Under the pieces are notes generated by a model that searched no databases, was not told the origin of the DNA, and worked only from the letters and a program-made list of their open reading frames with translations. Source: Octopus bimaculoides (taxonomy: Eukaryota). Taken from it: a DNA stretch of 50,889 nt. Shown here one piece after another: positions 1-11,550 of the stretch. Made by a program: the position numbers and the translations under genes. The stretch spans positions 18,182,965-18,233,853 of the forward strand of contig NC_068989.1 of assembly GCF_001194135.2 (NCBI RefSeq). Direction: 5' to 3'. Position 1 is the stretch's first letter; each line of letters opens with the position of its first letter.

Positions 1-371
1 ACATTAAGTGCCGACTACATAAACAAACGATTCTGAAACAATTAACCCTAACCCTAACCCTAGGGTTAGTGTTAGGGTTAAAGCAAATTTAAAATGAAAA
101 AAGCAAATAAAACGAAGGTATGGAGATTAAATACGCTTTACATCGCTTAATCAGCCAAAGGAGTAAATGTAAACAACTGAATACTTGTCAGTGATTGGTT
201 GAAATTATCGAAATAAGACAATTTTTAACATGAAATAAATTCGAATACAAAAATATTTCTCTGTTCTATAACACAAAATAGATAAGTATGCGAAGTTTGA
301 AAGTCTTTCCGTACCAAAAACACTACGTAAAACATTAATGAAAAATGTGGCCCCCGTTTTAAAATAGATCC
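1..371. mobile_element. Right part of GGATCT-terminated non-autonomous DNA transposon (Merlin/hAT-like MITE)
   Basis: 170-371 closely matches the right arm of the complete copy at 49462-50298. It ends in ...AATAGATCC, the near reverse complement of the left end at 47928 (GGATCTAGTTCAAAATGGGGGC). Confidence 0.8.
43..79. repeat. Telomere-like (TAACCC)3 followed by inverted TAGGGTT repeats, internal to the MITE
   Basis: Directly visible: taaccctaaccctaaccctagggttagtgttagggtt. Confidence 0.85.
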
Positions 372-523
372 CAACTCATTTCTACAGTTAGTAAATGGGA
401 GCAATGTGAAATAAAGTGCCTTGCTTTAAAAAAACTCACAAAACATAGCCCAGTCCAAGAATCGAACTCACTACCGCATGATTGTAAGCCCCGTGCTCTA
501 ACTACTGAGCCATGCGCCTTCAC
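372..523 (-). mobile_element. tRNA-derived SINE with CORE-like segment
   Basis: Minus strand has an A-box (TGGCTCAGTAG), a B-box (GAGTTCGATTC) and a CORE-like gcaaggcactttatttcac. Homologous to 5190-5342. Confidence 0.75.
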
Positions 524-1260
524 CATTTTCGGAACCGCTGAGACTTCTAGAGGGAGGAGGAAGTTATTCTCAGACCAGGAGATTTACCTTCGATTGCTTA
601 CAACAGAGTGAACTCCACTAAAAACACATTATTTGGTATTCAATATACCATTGCCTCATGGGACAGTCATTTTTAAGAGCCAAGTTCTAATATCTATGTT
701 TGATGAGTCTGGATTAATTGTATTTTACTGCTCAGTTTTTGTATACGGTACAATTGTATGGAATATTTCTTCTTTAAAAGACGAGACGACTTACAGCGTG
801 TATTGTTTGAATGGAGAAAAACTATTGTTGTTGGCATTTCTGTCTACATCGTAATCTTCCTGAAATCTGCCATTATTATATACGAACGTCTGTGGTGTGA
901 GAAATTCCTTTTCCGACAAGGTAGTCATATTTCCTGTTTATATATTTCACTGCGACGTTTTATTTTCACATTTTCATTTCTTTTTAAACTGCAGCTTGTT
1001 ATGCATTAATTACACCACATCCTGTACATACTACACCAACCCTTTCGCCCATGTCTTTTCCCCCAGATGTAGACTATACCCCCATGAAGACACCCTTTTC
1101 GCTCATGTTTTCCCTCCAGCGTAAATTATACTATAAACATTTGGTCTTACCCAATTATTCCACTTTCTAAGTCTCCCTTAGGCTTTCGAATAAATTAAAA
1201 TACACTTCGTTTTTGGATTTGGTTTGCAAGATTTTTTATGTGATTTCGTGTGTTGAAGCA

Positions 1261-1413
1261 TATTCTGTTGTGTCTGGGGAGAGTCATTTTTTTTTTTTCG
1301 TGCCTTAAAATTTAACACACTTACCATAAAAATAATAAGTGGAAATTTTAACGGTGAGTGTGTTAAATTTTAAGGCACGAAAAGAAAATGACTCTCCCCA
1401 GACACAATAAAAT
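1261..1413. repeat. Small foldback / MITE-like inverted repeat
   Basis: Arms ~1268-1325 and ~1353-1407 are near-perfect reverse complements. No TSD found. Confidence 0.75.
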
Positions 1414-1457
1414 ACACTTGTTTTTACCAAATTTTATGGAAAAGAAAAAAAATATAT

Positions 1458-1579
1458 TACCGTATTTCTTATCTTTAAGCTCTAAGCTCAAATCCCGTTG
1501 AGGTCATCTTCGTCCTCTATCTTTCTGGAGTCGATAAAATATAGAACTAGTCAAGTACTGAAGGCAATGTAATCGACTC
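1458..1579 (-). mobile_element. Degenerate SINE family C fragment
   Basis: Similar to copies at 8330-9490 (agctcaaatcccgttgaggtcatc...ggagtcgataaaat). Confidence 0.6.
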
Positions 1580-3051
1580 TTTTCTTCTCTGTGCCTATGT
1601 CAGAAACAATTATTTAGTTGGGATTCCATTGGAAGAATCGATTGTGTTGGTTAAAATGGTTTGATATTTTGTTGTTTTGATTCCAAATATGTTATGAACT
1701 TTAACCCATAAAATCCAATTACATTATGGATTCAAATCTAACAGAAGCCAATCTGTGTGCTTACTTCCGGGATTGATGAAATAAATACAAGTCAAATACT
1801 GAATCCCTCTTAGATTTAAGGCCCAGCATCTTTAGAAATCGTTATGTAATTGGAGTGGAAACACCACTCCTCTTTAATTCAGCACCAACCGCAATATCTC
1901 TAAAATATCTTAGCGTATTCGTACTTCGAACATACACGGTGAACTGAGAAAATTTGAGTTGTATATAAGTATTCATTGCCGATGACCACTAGATCGATAT
2001 AGCAGTGGAATTTTTTTCTTTTTTTGCTTTTTACTTTTTAATATCTACTTTTAATGAAAACAGCAATTGCGGCAGACGATCTGGTCTCGTTCAATATTAT
2101 AATGCGTCTTAGTTTGTATTACCATTGATTGATAAAAATAGACAAGCAAATAAAACCGTAGGTATGTAAACGAGCTGAGGACTGGATCAAAAGTTTCACG
2201 AGTTCAAATTGCGTCAAGTTCGACATCATCTTGCTGTTGAGAAAATTTTTGTCAAGTACTAATTCGATAAAATCTATTATTGTGAGTCAAATATTATTGT
2301 TGTTTAACCATAGGTTGACTCCTAGAGTAGACTTTTGATCAGAGCCTCCGAAAGAAATATTCGCTAAGTGCAAAGAGATTGCTTTCGGGCCTCACTTGAA
2401 AGTGGGTGAAGGGGCCTTCCTCCAACCCGTCAGAAATTCACAGGGCTCCAACCTGAATCTCTGGACAAATGTACCGAGAAAACCCCCACTTTCATAGGAC
2501 CTGTCTATGATCAAAGGCATTTCAGCCATGACTTCCTTGTTTTTATGGTGTCTAAAGCTACATTATTTAATGTGGTCTTCATTTGGCGGGGGGGGGGCAG
2601 CTCAATAGCGATGAATAATTAATGATTTCTAACTTTGGCTCAAGGCCACAAACTTAATTGACTACTACTTATTATGGCTAGTCCAAATGGAGTAATTAAC
2701 TGCAGCAACTAAATACGCGTATCACATGGTATATAGTCCAGTACTCAATTTTTTAACTGTGCCCATTACTTAATAGCAATATTTCTCCTGATACGAATAA
2801 GGCTACACATCAACTTAATCCAAATAGAAGGGGTATGATCTCAATGTATTAACAATCATCTTACATATGCACACACACACACACAGTGACACTCTCGACC
2901 AACTCGACTAACACTTCTACCAGTATCTGCTGAATATCCCCAATGCCATCACCGCAATCCCAATTACAAATTCTATAGCCTGCATAAGACAGTTAAAAAT
3001 AGCAACCAAATCTTCCTCATCACACCACTATTCTCTTAAAAATAAAAAGCC

Positions 3052-3170
3052 GTGTCGTTTCGGGTTCAGTCCTCACTGCGCAGCACCTTGGGCAAGTATC
3101 TTCTACTGTAACCCTGGGATAACTAATGCCCTTGAGTGAATTTGGTAGGTAGAAACTGTGCCTGTCCTGT
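3052..3170 (+). mobile_element. CORE-type SINE family A fragment
   Basis: gggttcagtcc...gcaccttgggcaagtatcttctact matches 50706-50872. ACCTTGGGCAAGT resembles the MIR/CORE motif. Confidence 0.75.
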
Positions 3171-3749
3171 AATATATAGGCGGTGTGACAATAAGGAGTT
3201 TTTACTTTAGTTTTGACTTTGAGAAAAAAAATGTTTTTTTTTACAAATGTTCACTACCTTACAAAAACTAGATCAGCACAGCAAAAGCCTTCCCTAAACG
3301 CATTAAAAATTCTGTAACACATTCAGGACACTATTTCAGAAAATTATCTCCGTTCTCTTTTTGAGCATATAAATGACAAATTTAGCTGGACGAAAATGAG
3401 TAAGACAAGATAAAATGAATTTGCCTCCTCATTTCTCCAGAATTGTATTTGAAAAAATACTCATACACATCAGTATCCATTCTTAGACATCATAAAAATT
3501 AGAAATGCCTTAAAAATTTAAAATATCTAGGCCAAATGAAAGAGGATCATAGAAAAACGAAACATGATACAAAATTGACGGAACTCGACTAAATCTAAAA
3601 ACTCAATATAAAATTACGGAGATGTACTTGCATATTAAGTGACCTGATCCGAGATCGTGTACTGGAACGAAAACAATTGCGGCGTGGAAGGTGTTTATAA
3701 GCCATTTAAGAAACACAAAAACCGTTAGATTCACTTCATTTAAATTCAA

Positions 3750-3800
3750 TTTGTCAAAATATTTTCGTCGCTTTGAGACTGCGACCTGTTCATTGACAAA
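3750..3800 (-). ncRNA. Second hammerhead-like motif in the opposite arm (core A3/C8, probably inactive)
   Basis: Minus strand reads TTTGTCA|ATGAACA|G|GTCGC-loop-GCGAC|GAAA|ATAT|T|T|TGACAAA. Stem I is 7 bp and stem II 5 bp, but position 3 is mismatched to C8. Confidence 0.45.
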
Positions 3801-3824
3801 ATTCTATGATGCAGCACGGAATTT

Positions 3825-3871
3825 TGTCAGTGAACAAGTCGAGGTTTCAAAGTGACGAAAATATTTTGACA
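3825..3871 (+). ncRNA. Putative type I hammerhead ribozyme variant (G3-C8 core, dimer-type stem III)
   Basis: TGTCA|GTGAACA|A|GTCG-loop-TGAC|GAAA|ATAT|T|T|TGACA. This gives stem I of 5 bp, a core with the C3G/G8C swap, stem II, GAAA and a palindromic AATATT stem III. Confidence 0.55.
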
Positions 3872-5189
3872 TAAATTAAATTTAAATGTTGAAGTGAATC
3901 TAACGGTTTTGTGTGTTTCTTAAATGGCTTATAAACACCTTCCACGCTGCAATTGTGTTCAATATAAAATGTTGTCTATATCTTCTTCACAACATACTGG
4001 AGTGTTTCTCTCTCTCTTCTCGGTATATTTAGGCACATGCAGTGAAAGAGAAGAAATTATTGAAATTAGTCATTACTCATTTTGCCCCAGTTTAGACATA
4101 TTTTGAAAATTGAAAAATAATCAAATTTGATATTAGTGCGGCAGAAAAAAAATGACTCAGAATCCAACAGAGAAAGGAATATTGATTATTAATACGTTAG
4201 CTCCCGAGCCTCATTTTACGTTTTTTTTTCCCAGGGTCCCAATACGATATTTTAATTAATTTTGACATGAGCGGTGTGATATTTATTAAACTACACCATA
4301 GTGAAGCAAGAAACACATAGGTAGTGTTAGATACAAACGTCCCACGGGAAGGTCGTGTGGTACCCTAGTTCATATCACATTTTAGATACCTCACGAAATA
4401 CCAATGGTCAATTAAAAATTTAGGGTATTCTCTATTGGATGATCTCGAAGTTCTTTTTCAAAAAGAACTATTTTGGTTTCCATGGCAAATAAAATATTTT
4501 TTCATTCCTTTCTGTTTCTATTGGAAAATCTACCAATTTTATCAAAAAGAACTAGCTATTTTTGTTTCAATGGCAAATAAAATTTTCCTAATACTCAATA
4601 TTTTATTTTACCTTATTACATGGTAAACTGAGAAGAAAAACGAAGCGAAACGAAATATACAAAGTCTATAAAAACTTGTTCTCTTAGTGTACCAAAATCA
4701 CAAATCAAAGCAATCGGAGCATTTCAGCTCTCATCCCATAGGAAAGATTTTAAAATGGCAAACTGGTGAATCATGCGGGACTCGCTAACATACCTCCACG
4801 ACCCACCGGCAGGACGTGTGGAAGCCAACGTGTTAAGCACCAAAAATTATCCAGATATTTTATTACCAACTTCATTTACAATCGGGTCAAACTTTGAGGA
4901 AAAGTTGCCTTCAACAACAACTATGCTGGCCAATTTTTACTCCTAAAGATGATGGAACAGACCAAAATGATAATACAATACTTGCAATATCATGATTTCA
5001 AACAGGTAATGAGAAAATAACGGGAAATCAGAAATTATTCATTTAATCCCGGTTACTAATTTTGCCCCCACCCTATATATAAATATATATGTACGTATGT
5101 TGTTGTTTTTTTTTTTGGCGCCCTTTTAAAGCCTAGCTAGGTTCATGGGCCCGGTTTCCCGGTTTCAATGGCGTATGCCAGTCCATCGC

Positions 5190-5342
5190 AGCATTACTCA
5201 TTTTTGCCAGCTGAGTGGACTGGAGCAACGTGAAATGAAGTGTTTTGCTCAAGAACACAACGCGTCACCCGGTGCAGGAATCGAAACCACAATCTTCTGG
5301 TCATGATGCTGACACCCTAACCACTAAGCCACGCGCCTCCAC
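5190..5342 (-). mobile_element. tRNA-derived SINE with CORE-like segment
   Basis: Minus strand has GTGGCTTAGTGG (A-box), GGTTTCGATTCC (B-box) and ttgagcaaaacacttcatttcac. Confidence 0.8.
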
Positions 5343-5384
5343 TATATATATGTATGTGTGTGTGTGTGTGTATCATATGGCTTT

Positions 5385-5565
5385 TTGTTTGCTTGTCAAC
5401 CGGTGTTGGTTTGTTTATGTCCTCATAATCTATCGGTTCGGCAACAGAATACATATCAGACTTAGAAAGTAAAAGAAGTTACTGGTGGGGGGTCGATTTC
5501 TTCGACTAAAATCCTGCAAGTCCCTGCCTCAGCATGGCCGCAATCCAATGACTGAAACAAGTGAA
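5385..5565 (+). mobile_element. SINE 3' module B
   Basis: Matches 43865-44105 and the reverse complement of 14068-14260 (ggggtcgattt...cagcatggccgca...gactgaaacaagt). Confidence 0.7.
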
Positions 5566-7303
5566 AAAAAAAAGTAGAGTCCTAAATATTTTTAAAAGAC
5601 GAGATGGTCACGGCTGGAATGCTTTAATGATAGCTCAGCAGAGTTGAGGCACAGCTAATCACCACAAACATTAGACAACAAGCTACTATACGCACCTATT
5701 GGCCACCAGTAACTCTAACCACCCTGTTATAAACCCAGCGATCCCTAACAACACACCATTCACACCATATTACAGAGAAAATCTCATCCCAGTGCGTGCG
5801 TGCGACTGTGTAACGCTGTAGGAAAAAAAATTGTATTGTGAATTTGTATTCAGCTGACCGAATTAAAGTGAGTGAATTTTGAGTTCTGTCAAGCATGGAC
5901 ACATCCGTGTCACGCGTGAATCGTTTTGCCGACCGCTGATTCAATATTGATTCGAACGCATCACAATGGATGTAACTCACAGAATTAGCCACTACTCTAA
6001 CCATTCCTTACCATTGGTGTGCGTGCGCCTATGTGTGTGTACATATATGCATGTTGTATACACAGCGAAGTTTGTGTATTCGTACATTTGTGTAATGCAT
6101 TTGTATGCCTGGTATATGAATGTACCTGACCTGCAAAAGTGGTCACTGGGGTTGTTTAGCCCCAAGTCAATTCTCCTTTGCAGCCCTATGATCAAATGCC
6201 TTCCAGCCGTGACTATCCTGTCATATTCTTATATACAGTGCACCCAGAATCATATTATCTAATGTGTACTGAATTTCGGGTAGGAGAATTGGCTGCTATT
6301 TCTAGCAGATAGTGTGATTTTAGAGAGGCTAATTTATTGGTCCAGCTTGTGAAAAGAAAGCCAGATGTCAGTGTTGAAATAACTAAATTAGAATAATATA
6401 TTAATGGAAGTAAGGTAAACGGTGTATATGTGGCGGGAGTGGGTGAGATGTGGATGAGTTGATATATTTATTTAAGAGGGTAGTACTTGGTAGAGTTTAT
6501 TGTACATCCCGCTTCTTGCTCTTGTATTCTGTTTGCATTGTATCAGTTTGTATTTTTAATTTATATTTTCCCAACCGTATTCTCAACACAGGAACCATAT
6601 GGTTGAGAAGCAAGCTTCTTACCATACAGCCACGCCTGTGTGTGTGTATATATATATGTGTGTGNNNNNNNNNNNNNNNNNNNNNNNNNNNNNNNNNNNN
6701 NNNNNNNNNNNNNNNNNNNNNNNNNNNNNNNNNNNNNNNNNNNNNNNNNNNNNNNNNNNNNNNNATATATGTATGTTTATGTATGCGTACGTATATATAT
6801 GTACGCATATATGTTATAGATGTGTATGTGCGTACGTATGTGAGCGTATGTATGTGCGTTGTTGTATGCGCGTTTGTATGCGTATATGTGTATATTTGCG
6901 TGTATGTATGTATATATGCATGTGTATGTATATACATTTGTGCATATGTATATATACTCATACAAATATAGATTTCTAAAAAACCTGACAGGTGTCAAAC
7001 ACGCGCACAATATCGGTGTCTTCGTCATTAGCGTGTATTATACTACTACTACTACTACTACTACTACACAGTGGAGGTGTGTGTGCACGTGTTTTGCGGA
7101 AGGGGAATTTTAGTGTTATTAAGTGCATGAGGTGACTCCGTACACTCATTAAAAAAAAAAAAACAGAAAAAACGCAGCTTAAAGGAAACTAGTGAAAAAA
7201 TTTGTGAGAGTGATCTATGTACATTAAATGATAATTATTTGTATTTGAATGACTGTGAATGAATGAGTATTGATGTTTTTACCAAATTAAGTGTATCCAC
7301 TAT

Positions 7304-8188
7304 GGATCTTTTCCCTTTGGCCGGCACATTTAAAAAATAATTTTTCGTAACTAAACACTTTCAAAATTCGTATACTGGTAAAATGCGTCACATAAAACAT
7401 CATTTACTTTTGTCCTTTTTTGAGAAAATTGTGTATTTTTGAAGTTATTTCGTGTTAAGTTTGTCGTATTTCGGTAATTTCAACCAATCAATGATGTCTA
7501 TTGGGATGAAAACAATTACTGCTGTTGTTTGTCAACAACAATTTCCGGCGGTGTATATTTCGTTTGTCACTGTTATTTATGACATATTTCATCTCAGTTA
7601 GGTTTGTATGAATAAATGAGTGTATCTCAAGCATGGCACCACCCCAATCATTCGTGCATTTCTACTGCTTTTAGGGGTTTTTTCTGTTTTTTTAGCTACT
7701 ATTCGGAAAAACATTTTTGCCCCCCTCCCCCTCCAATTTCTTCATTTTTTTCACATTTTTTCCGTAACTCTAACCGTAAGATCCCAACCCCAACCTTAAC
7801 ACTAACCCTAAAACCCCAACCCTAAAACCCTATCCCTAACCCTATAACCCTAACCCTGACCCAAAAACCCTAATCCTAAAACTAAAACCAGTACAAACGC
7901 ACGAACGATGTCATAAATAACAGTGACAAACGAAATATACACAGCTGGAAGTTGTTGTTGACAAACAACGGCAGTAATTTTATTCAGCTGAATACACGTC
8001 ATTGATTGGTTGAAATTACCGAAATACGTCAACTTTAACACGAAATAACTTTAAAAATATAAACTTTTCTCAACAACACTAACAGTAAAAGATGTTTTAT
8101 ATGACACATTCTACCATTGTCCGAAGTTTGAAAGTGTTTAGTTACAAAAAATTAATTTCTCGATGTGCCGTTCAAAGGGAAAAGATCC
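7304..8188. mobile_element. Complete GGATCT MITE with ~290-bp inverted arms and an internal degenerate (TAACCC)n
   Basis: TIR GGATCTTTTCCCTTTG at both ends. TSD is TCCACTAT / TCTACTAT (7/8 match). Confidence 0.9.
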
Positions 8189-8285
8189 TCTACTATTTAT
8201 AAATGCTAGTATGTGTGTGTACGTGCATATTTATTTATGTCTTCATTTATTCTAACATTGGGACTCCATTTCTTTTTTATCATCA

Positions 8286-8326
<41 letters not shown>

Positions 8327-8329
8327 ATT

Positions 8330-8510
8330 AAGTCGGCGAGCTGGCAGGATCGTTACCAAGCCGGACTAAATACTTAGCGGAATTTCCTCTTTCTTTACAT
8401 TCTGAGGTCAACTTTGCCTTTCATCCTTTCGGGTCGATAAATTAAGTACCAGTGAAACACTGGAATCGATGGAAACGACTTGCCCCTACCCCGAAATTGC
8501 TGGTCTTGTG

Positions 8511-8577
<67 letters not shown>

Positions 8578-9490
8578 TGTTATTATTAAGGTGGCGAGCT
8601 GGCAGAATCGTTAGCATGCCAGGTAAAATACTTGGCAGCATCTCATCCGTCTTTACGTTCTAAGTTCAAATTCCGCCGCGGTCGACTTTACCTTTCATCC
8701 TTTCGGGGTCGATGAAATAAGTACCAGTTATGCACTGGGATTGATGTAATCGGCTATCCCCCCTCCCACAAAATATCACGCCTTCTACCTTCTGCAGAAA
8801 GGATTATTATTATTATTATTAAGGCGACGAGCTGGCACAATCGCTAGCACGCCGGGCAAAATGCTTCGCGGCATTTCGTCCATCTTTAAGTTCTGAGTTC
8901 AAGTTTCACCAAGGCCGACTTTGTCTTTCATCCTTCCGGGGTCGATAAACTAAGTATGAGTTAAATACTGGGGTCGATGTAATCGAATCACACCCTCCCA
9001 AAAAATTTCAGGCTTTGTACATATAATAGAAAGGATCGCTATTATTATAAGGCAAAAAGCTGGTAGAATCGTTAGCACGTCGGAGAAAATGTTTAGCGGT
9101 ATTTTTTTCCGACTCTCTATGTTCCGAGTTCTAATGCTGCCGATGTTGATTATGCCTTTCATCCTTTTGGGATCGATAAAATAAGCACCAGTTGAGTGCT
9201 AGGGTCGATGTAATCGACTTAACACTCTCCCTTAAAAATTTATAGCCTTGTGCTAAAATTTAAAACCATCATCATCATTATTATTAAGGCCGCAGAATCG
9301 TTAGCACGTTGGATGAAATGCTTAGCGGTATTTCACCTGTCGCTATGTTCTGAGTTCAAATTCCGCCGAGGTTGACTTTGCCTTTCATCCTTTCGGGGTC
9401 GATAAATTAAATACCAGTGAATGACCGAGATCGATGTAATCGACTCATCCTTTCCCCACAAAATTGCTGCCCTTGTGACTAAATTTGAGA
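8330..9490 (+). mobile_element. Five head-to-tail copies of tRNA-SINE family C separated by (TTA)n
   Basis: Copies at ~8330, 8588, 8821, 9049 and 9286. A-box TGGCAGAATCG, B-box GAGTTCAAATTC. The central cctttcatcctttcggggtcgataaa resembles the Meta/MESC domain (recalled, unverified). Confidence 0.9.
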
Positions 9491-9897
9491 TTATTTTATT
9501 ACCTACAAGGGGCCAACACAGAAACCATTATTATTGTTGTTGAAACCATTATTATTGTTGTTGTTAGTTACATTGAACCTTCTTGCAAAAAGCAATATTC
9601 TCTGTGTCACTGCTAAGTATTTATCTGTAGAATAACAATAACTGCTCGTTTCCGCAAGTCAGTTCTAAATTCTATTTTTCGTGTGGATATCGGCAGCTTG
9701 AGCCTTGAACGCGCTGTAAAATTGCCTTCGTAGTAAGTTGAACGAATTCTTGATATTTCGGTTGTTTCCGTACATTATCGGTTTCTGTTCTAATGTGTAT
9801 ATAAACACCAATACACACGTACTCACACTCGCTGATTATCGATTTCTGTGATTATCTGTCAGAAACACAATATGTCCGGAAATATACACATACACAG

Positions 9898-9928
<31 letters not shown>

Positions 9929-10409
9929 GCAGAAATGAACTATTGGTGAACATAGAATCATGACATATATGTGTGTGTACACATTTCCTGTTTCCTGTTA
10001 TCAAGTCGCACATATGACAACACATTTCATCGAATCCATAGAAAACCTATTATATATTCTAGTACTTTTATAACATTTATTTATAGTTATCTCACCTAAC
10101 TAACTTCTTTATCGTCCTTAATGGTTATAATTAGTAATATTCACCGTCATACTCACTACATCGTACTCTTGAAATTATGATGTTAACATCACAAAAGGGA
10201 GTTACTGTGGAAACGATGAGCTATAAGCTGTTAATAAGTGATGTGACTATTTGATGACCGGATCAGAATGCCACATCCATGAGCAACACACGTTTGCTGT
10301 ATCAGACGGCATGTCCATGAGTTTATCATTTGTTTCCTGTCGCCGATGTTATGCTGTGTCTAATTCTAATCTCAAGCCCACAGGCAACTTTCACTTCCCT
10401 CTGTTTCTT

Positions 10410-10791
10410 GCACAATGGCCCAGTGGTTAGGGCAGCGGACTCGCGGTCATACGATCGCGGTTTCGATTCCCAGACCGGACGTTGTGAGTGTTTATTGAGC
10501 GAGAACACCTAAATGCTCCACGAGGCTCCGGCAGGGGATGGTGGCGAACCCTGCTGTACTCTTTCACCACAACTTTCTCTCACTCTTACTTCCTGTTTCT
10601 GTTGTGCCTGTAATTCAAAGGGCCAGCCTTGCCACACTGTATCACGCTGAATCTCTCTGAGAACTACGTTAAGGGTACGCGTATCTGTGGAGTGCTCAGC
10701 CACTTGCACGTTAATTTCACGAGCAGGCTGTTCCGTTGATCGGATCAACTGGAACCCTCGACGTCGTAAGTGACGGAGTGCCAACAACAAC
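10410..10791 (+). mobile_element. tRNA-derived SINE family H with (CAA)n tail
   Basis: tRNA-like head tggcccagtggttagggcagcggactc...ggtttcgattccc. Highly similar to 34609-34989 (-) and 42647-43040 (+). Confidence 0.9.
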
Positions 10792-11104
10792 TATAGTATC
10801 CTCTGTTGTTCTCCAGTCACCACCACTGAGGCTCGTTCGGTTTATTTCTTCTATTTCTGACACTTGTGTCCCTCTCACTCTTCAACAACTACTTTGCATA
10901 ATTTTTACTTCCTAGCCCGCCAACCCACTAGAGTATCTTCTCTGCCCATGTTTGTCATACAACCGTCAAACTGATATCAGGAGGAGGGGTTGATCTCACT
11001 AATCTCGGAAGAATTGCGAGGGTCTTGGAATACCTAGAAATGCTGTTATTCAGACCAAACTATTAGGTGGAGTGGGAATGCAGAATATAATTTTCGGGAG
11101 CATG

Positions 11105-11550
11105 TCCATCCATAGGTCAAAGCACTTATTTCTGGAATCCCTGTCTATCAATAGGTCAAAATAACTCTTCAAGCTGTGTTTATTCATGAGTCAAGACACT
11201 TGACTCTGGAAACTGTTCATCCTTAGGTCAAGACACAACTTTATAGACTGTATATAGTTTAGTACATTTAACTATTGAAACTGTATCCAAGGTACTTAAC
11301 TATCACCTATGGTAACCAACCATAAGTGAAGGTGCTTAAAACGAGTCATTGCCGATCCATGGTCAAAACAAACTCTGGAAACTATATCCATCCATCGGCC
11401 AAGACTCTTAGCTCTGGTTATTGTATCCATCTTTTGTTTATCTTTTGATTATGATAGTTCTCTGATGAGACAGTGGTTGTTTAACGGTCAAAACACTTAA
11501 GTCACCAGAGCATCTGTCCATAGTCAAGACATCCAAACCTTTAAAACAGT
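11105..11550 (+). repeat. Degenerate ~35-40 bp minisatellite
   Basis: About 8 units of approximately ATAGGTCAAGACAC-AACTCTGGAAACTGTATCC, at 11111, 11151, 11186, 11223, 11358, 11394, 11486 and 11520. Confidence 0.7.

Larger units (their letters stand above)
3615..3958. mobile_element. Palindromic interspersed element (arms 3673-3803 / 3819-3956) flanked by a 12-bp direct repeat; possibly Penelope-related
   Basis: Near-perfect inverted arms. TCAATATAAAAT occurs at 3603-3614 and 3959-3970 (candidate TSD). Confidence 0.7.

Noticed and set aside
43-79. Ancestral telomere fusion site
   Set aside because: Wrong orientation, very short, and located inside a MITE.
8330-9490. CRISPR-like or prokaryotic repeat-spacer array
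   Set aside because: Units are ~200-bp diverged SINEs with microsatellite spacers in eukaryotic DNA.
9640-9740. CpG-containing segment with GTAAGT as a possible first exon
   Set aside because: No independent support, and CpG remains undepleted for ~7 kb downstream.
10410-10480. tRNA genes at SINE heads (also 42647, 34920, 5270, 450)
   Set aside because: They continue into a shared SINE body and lack a proper acceptor stem and terminator.
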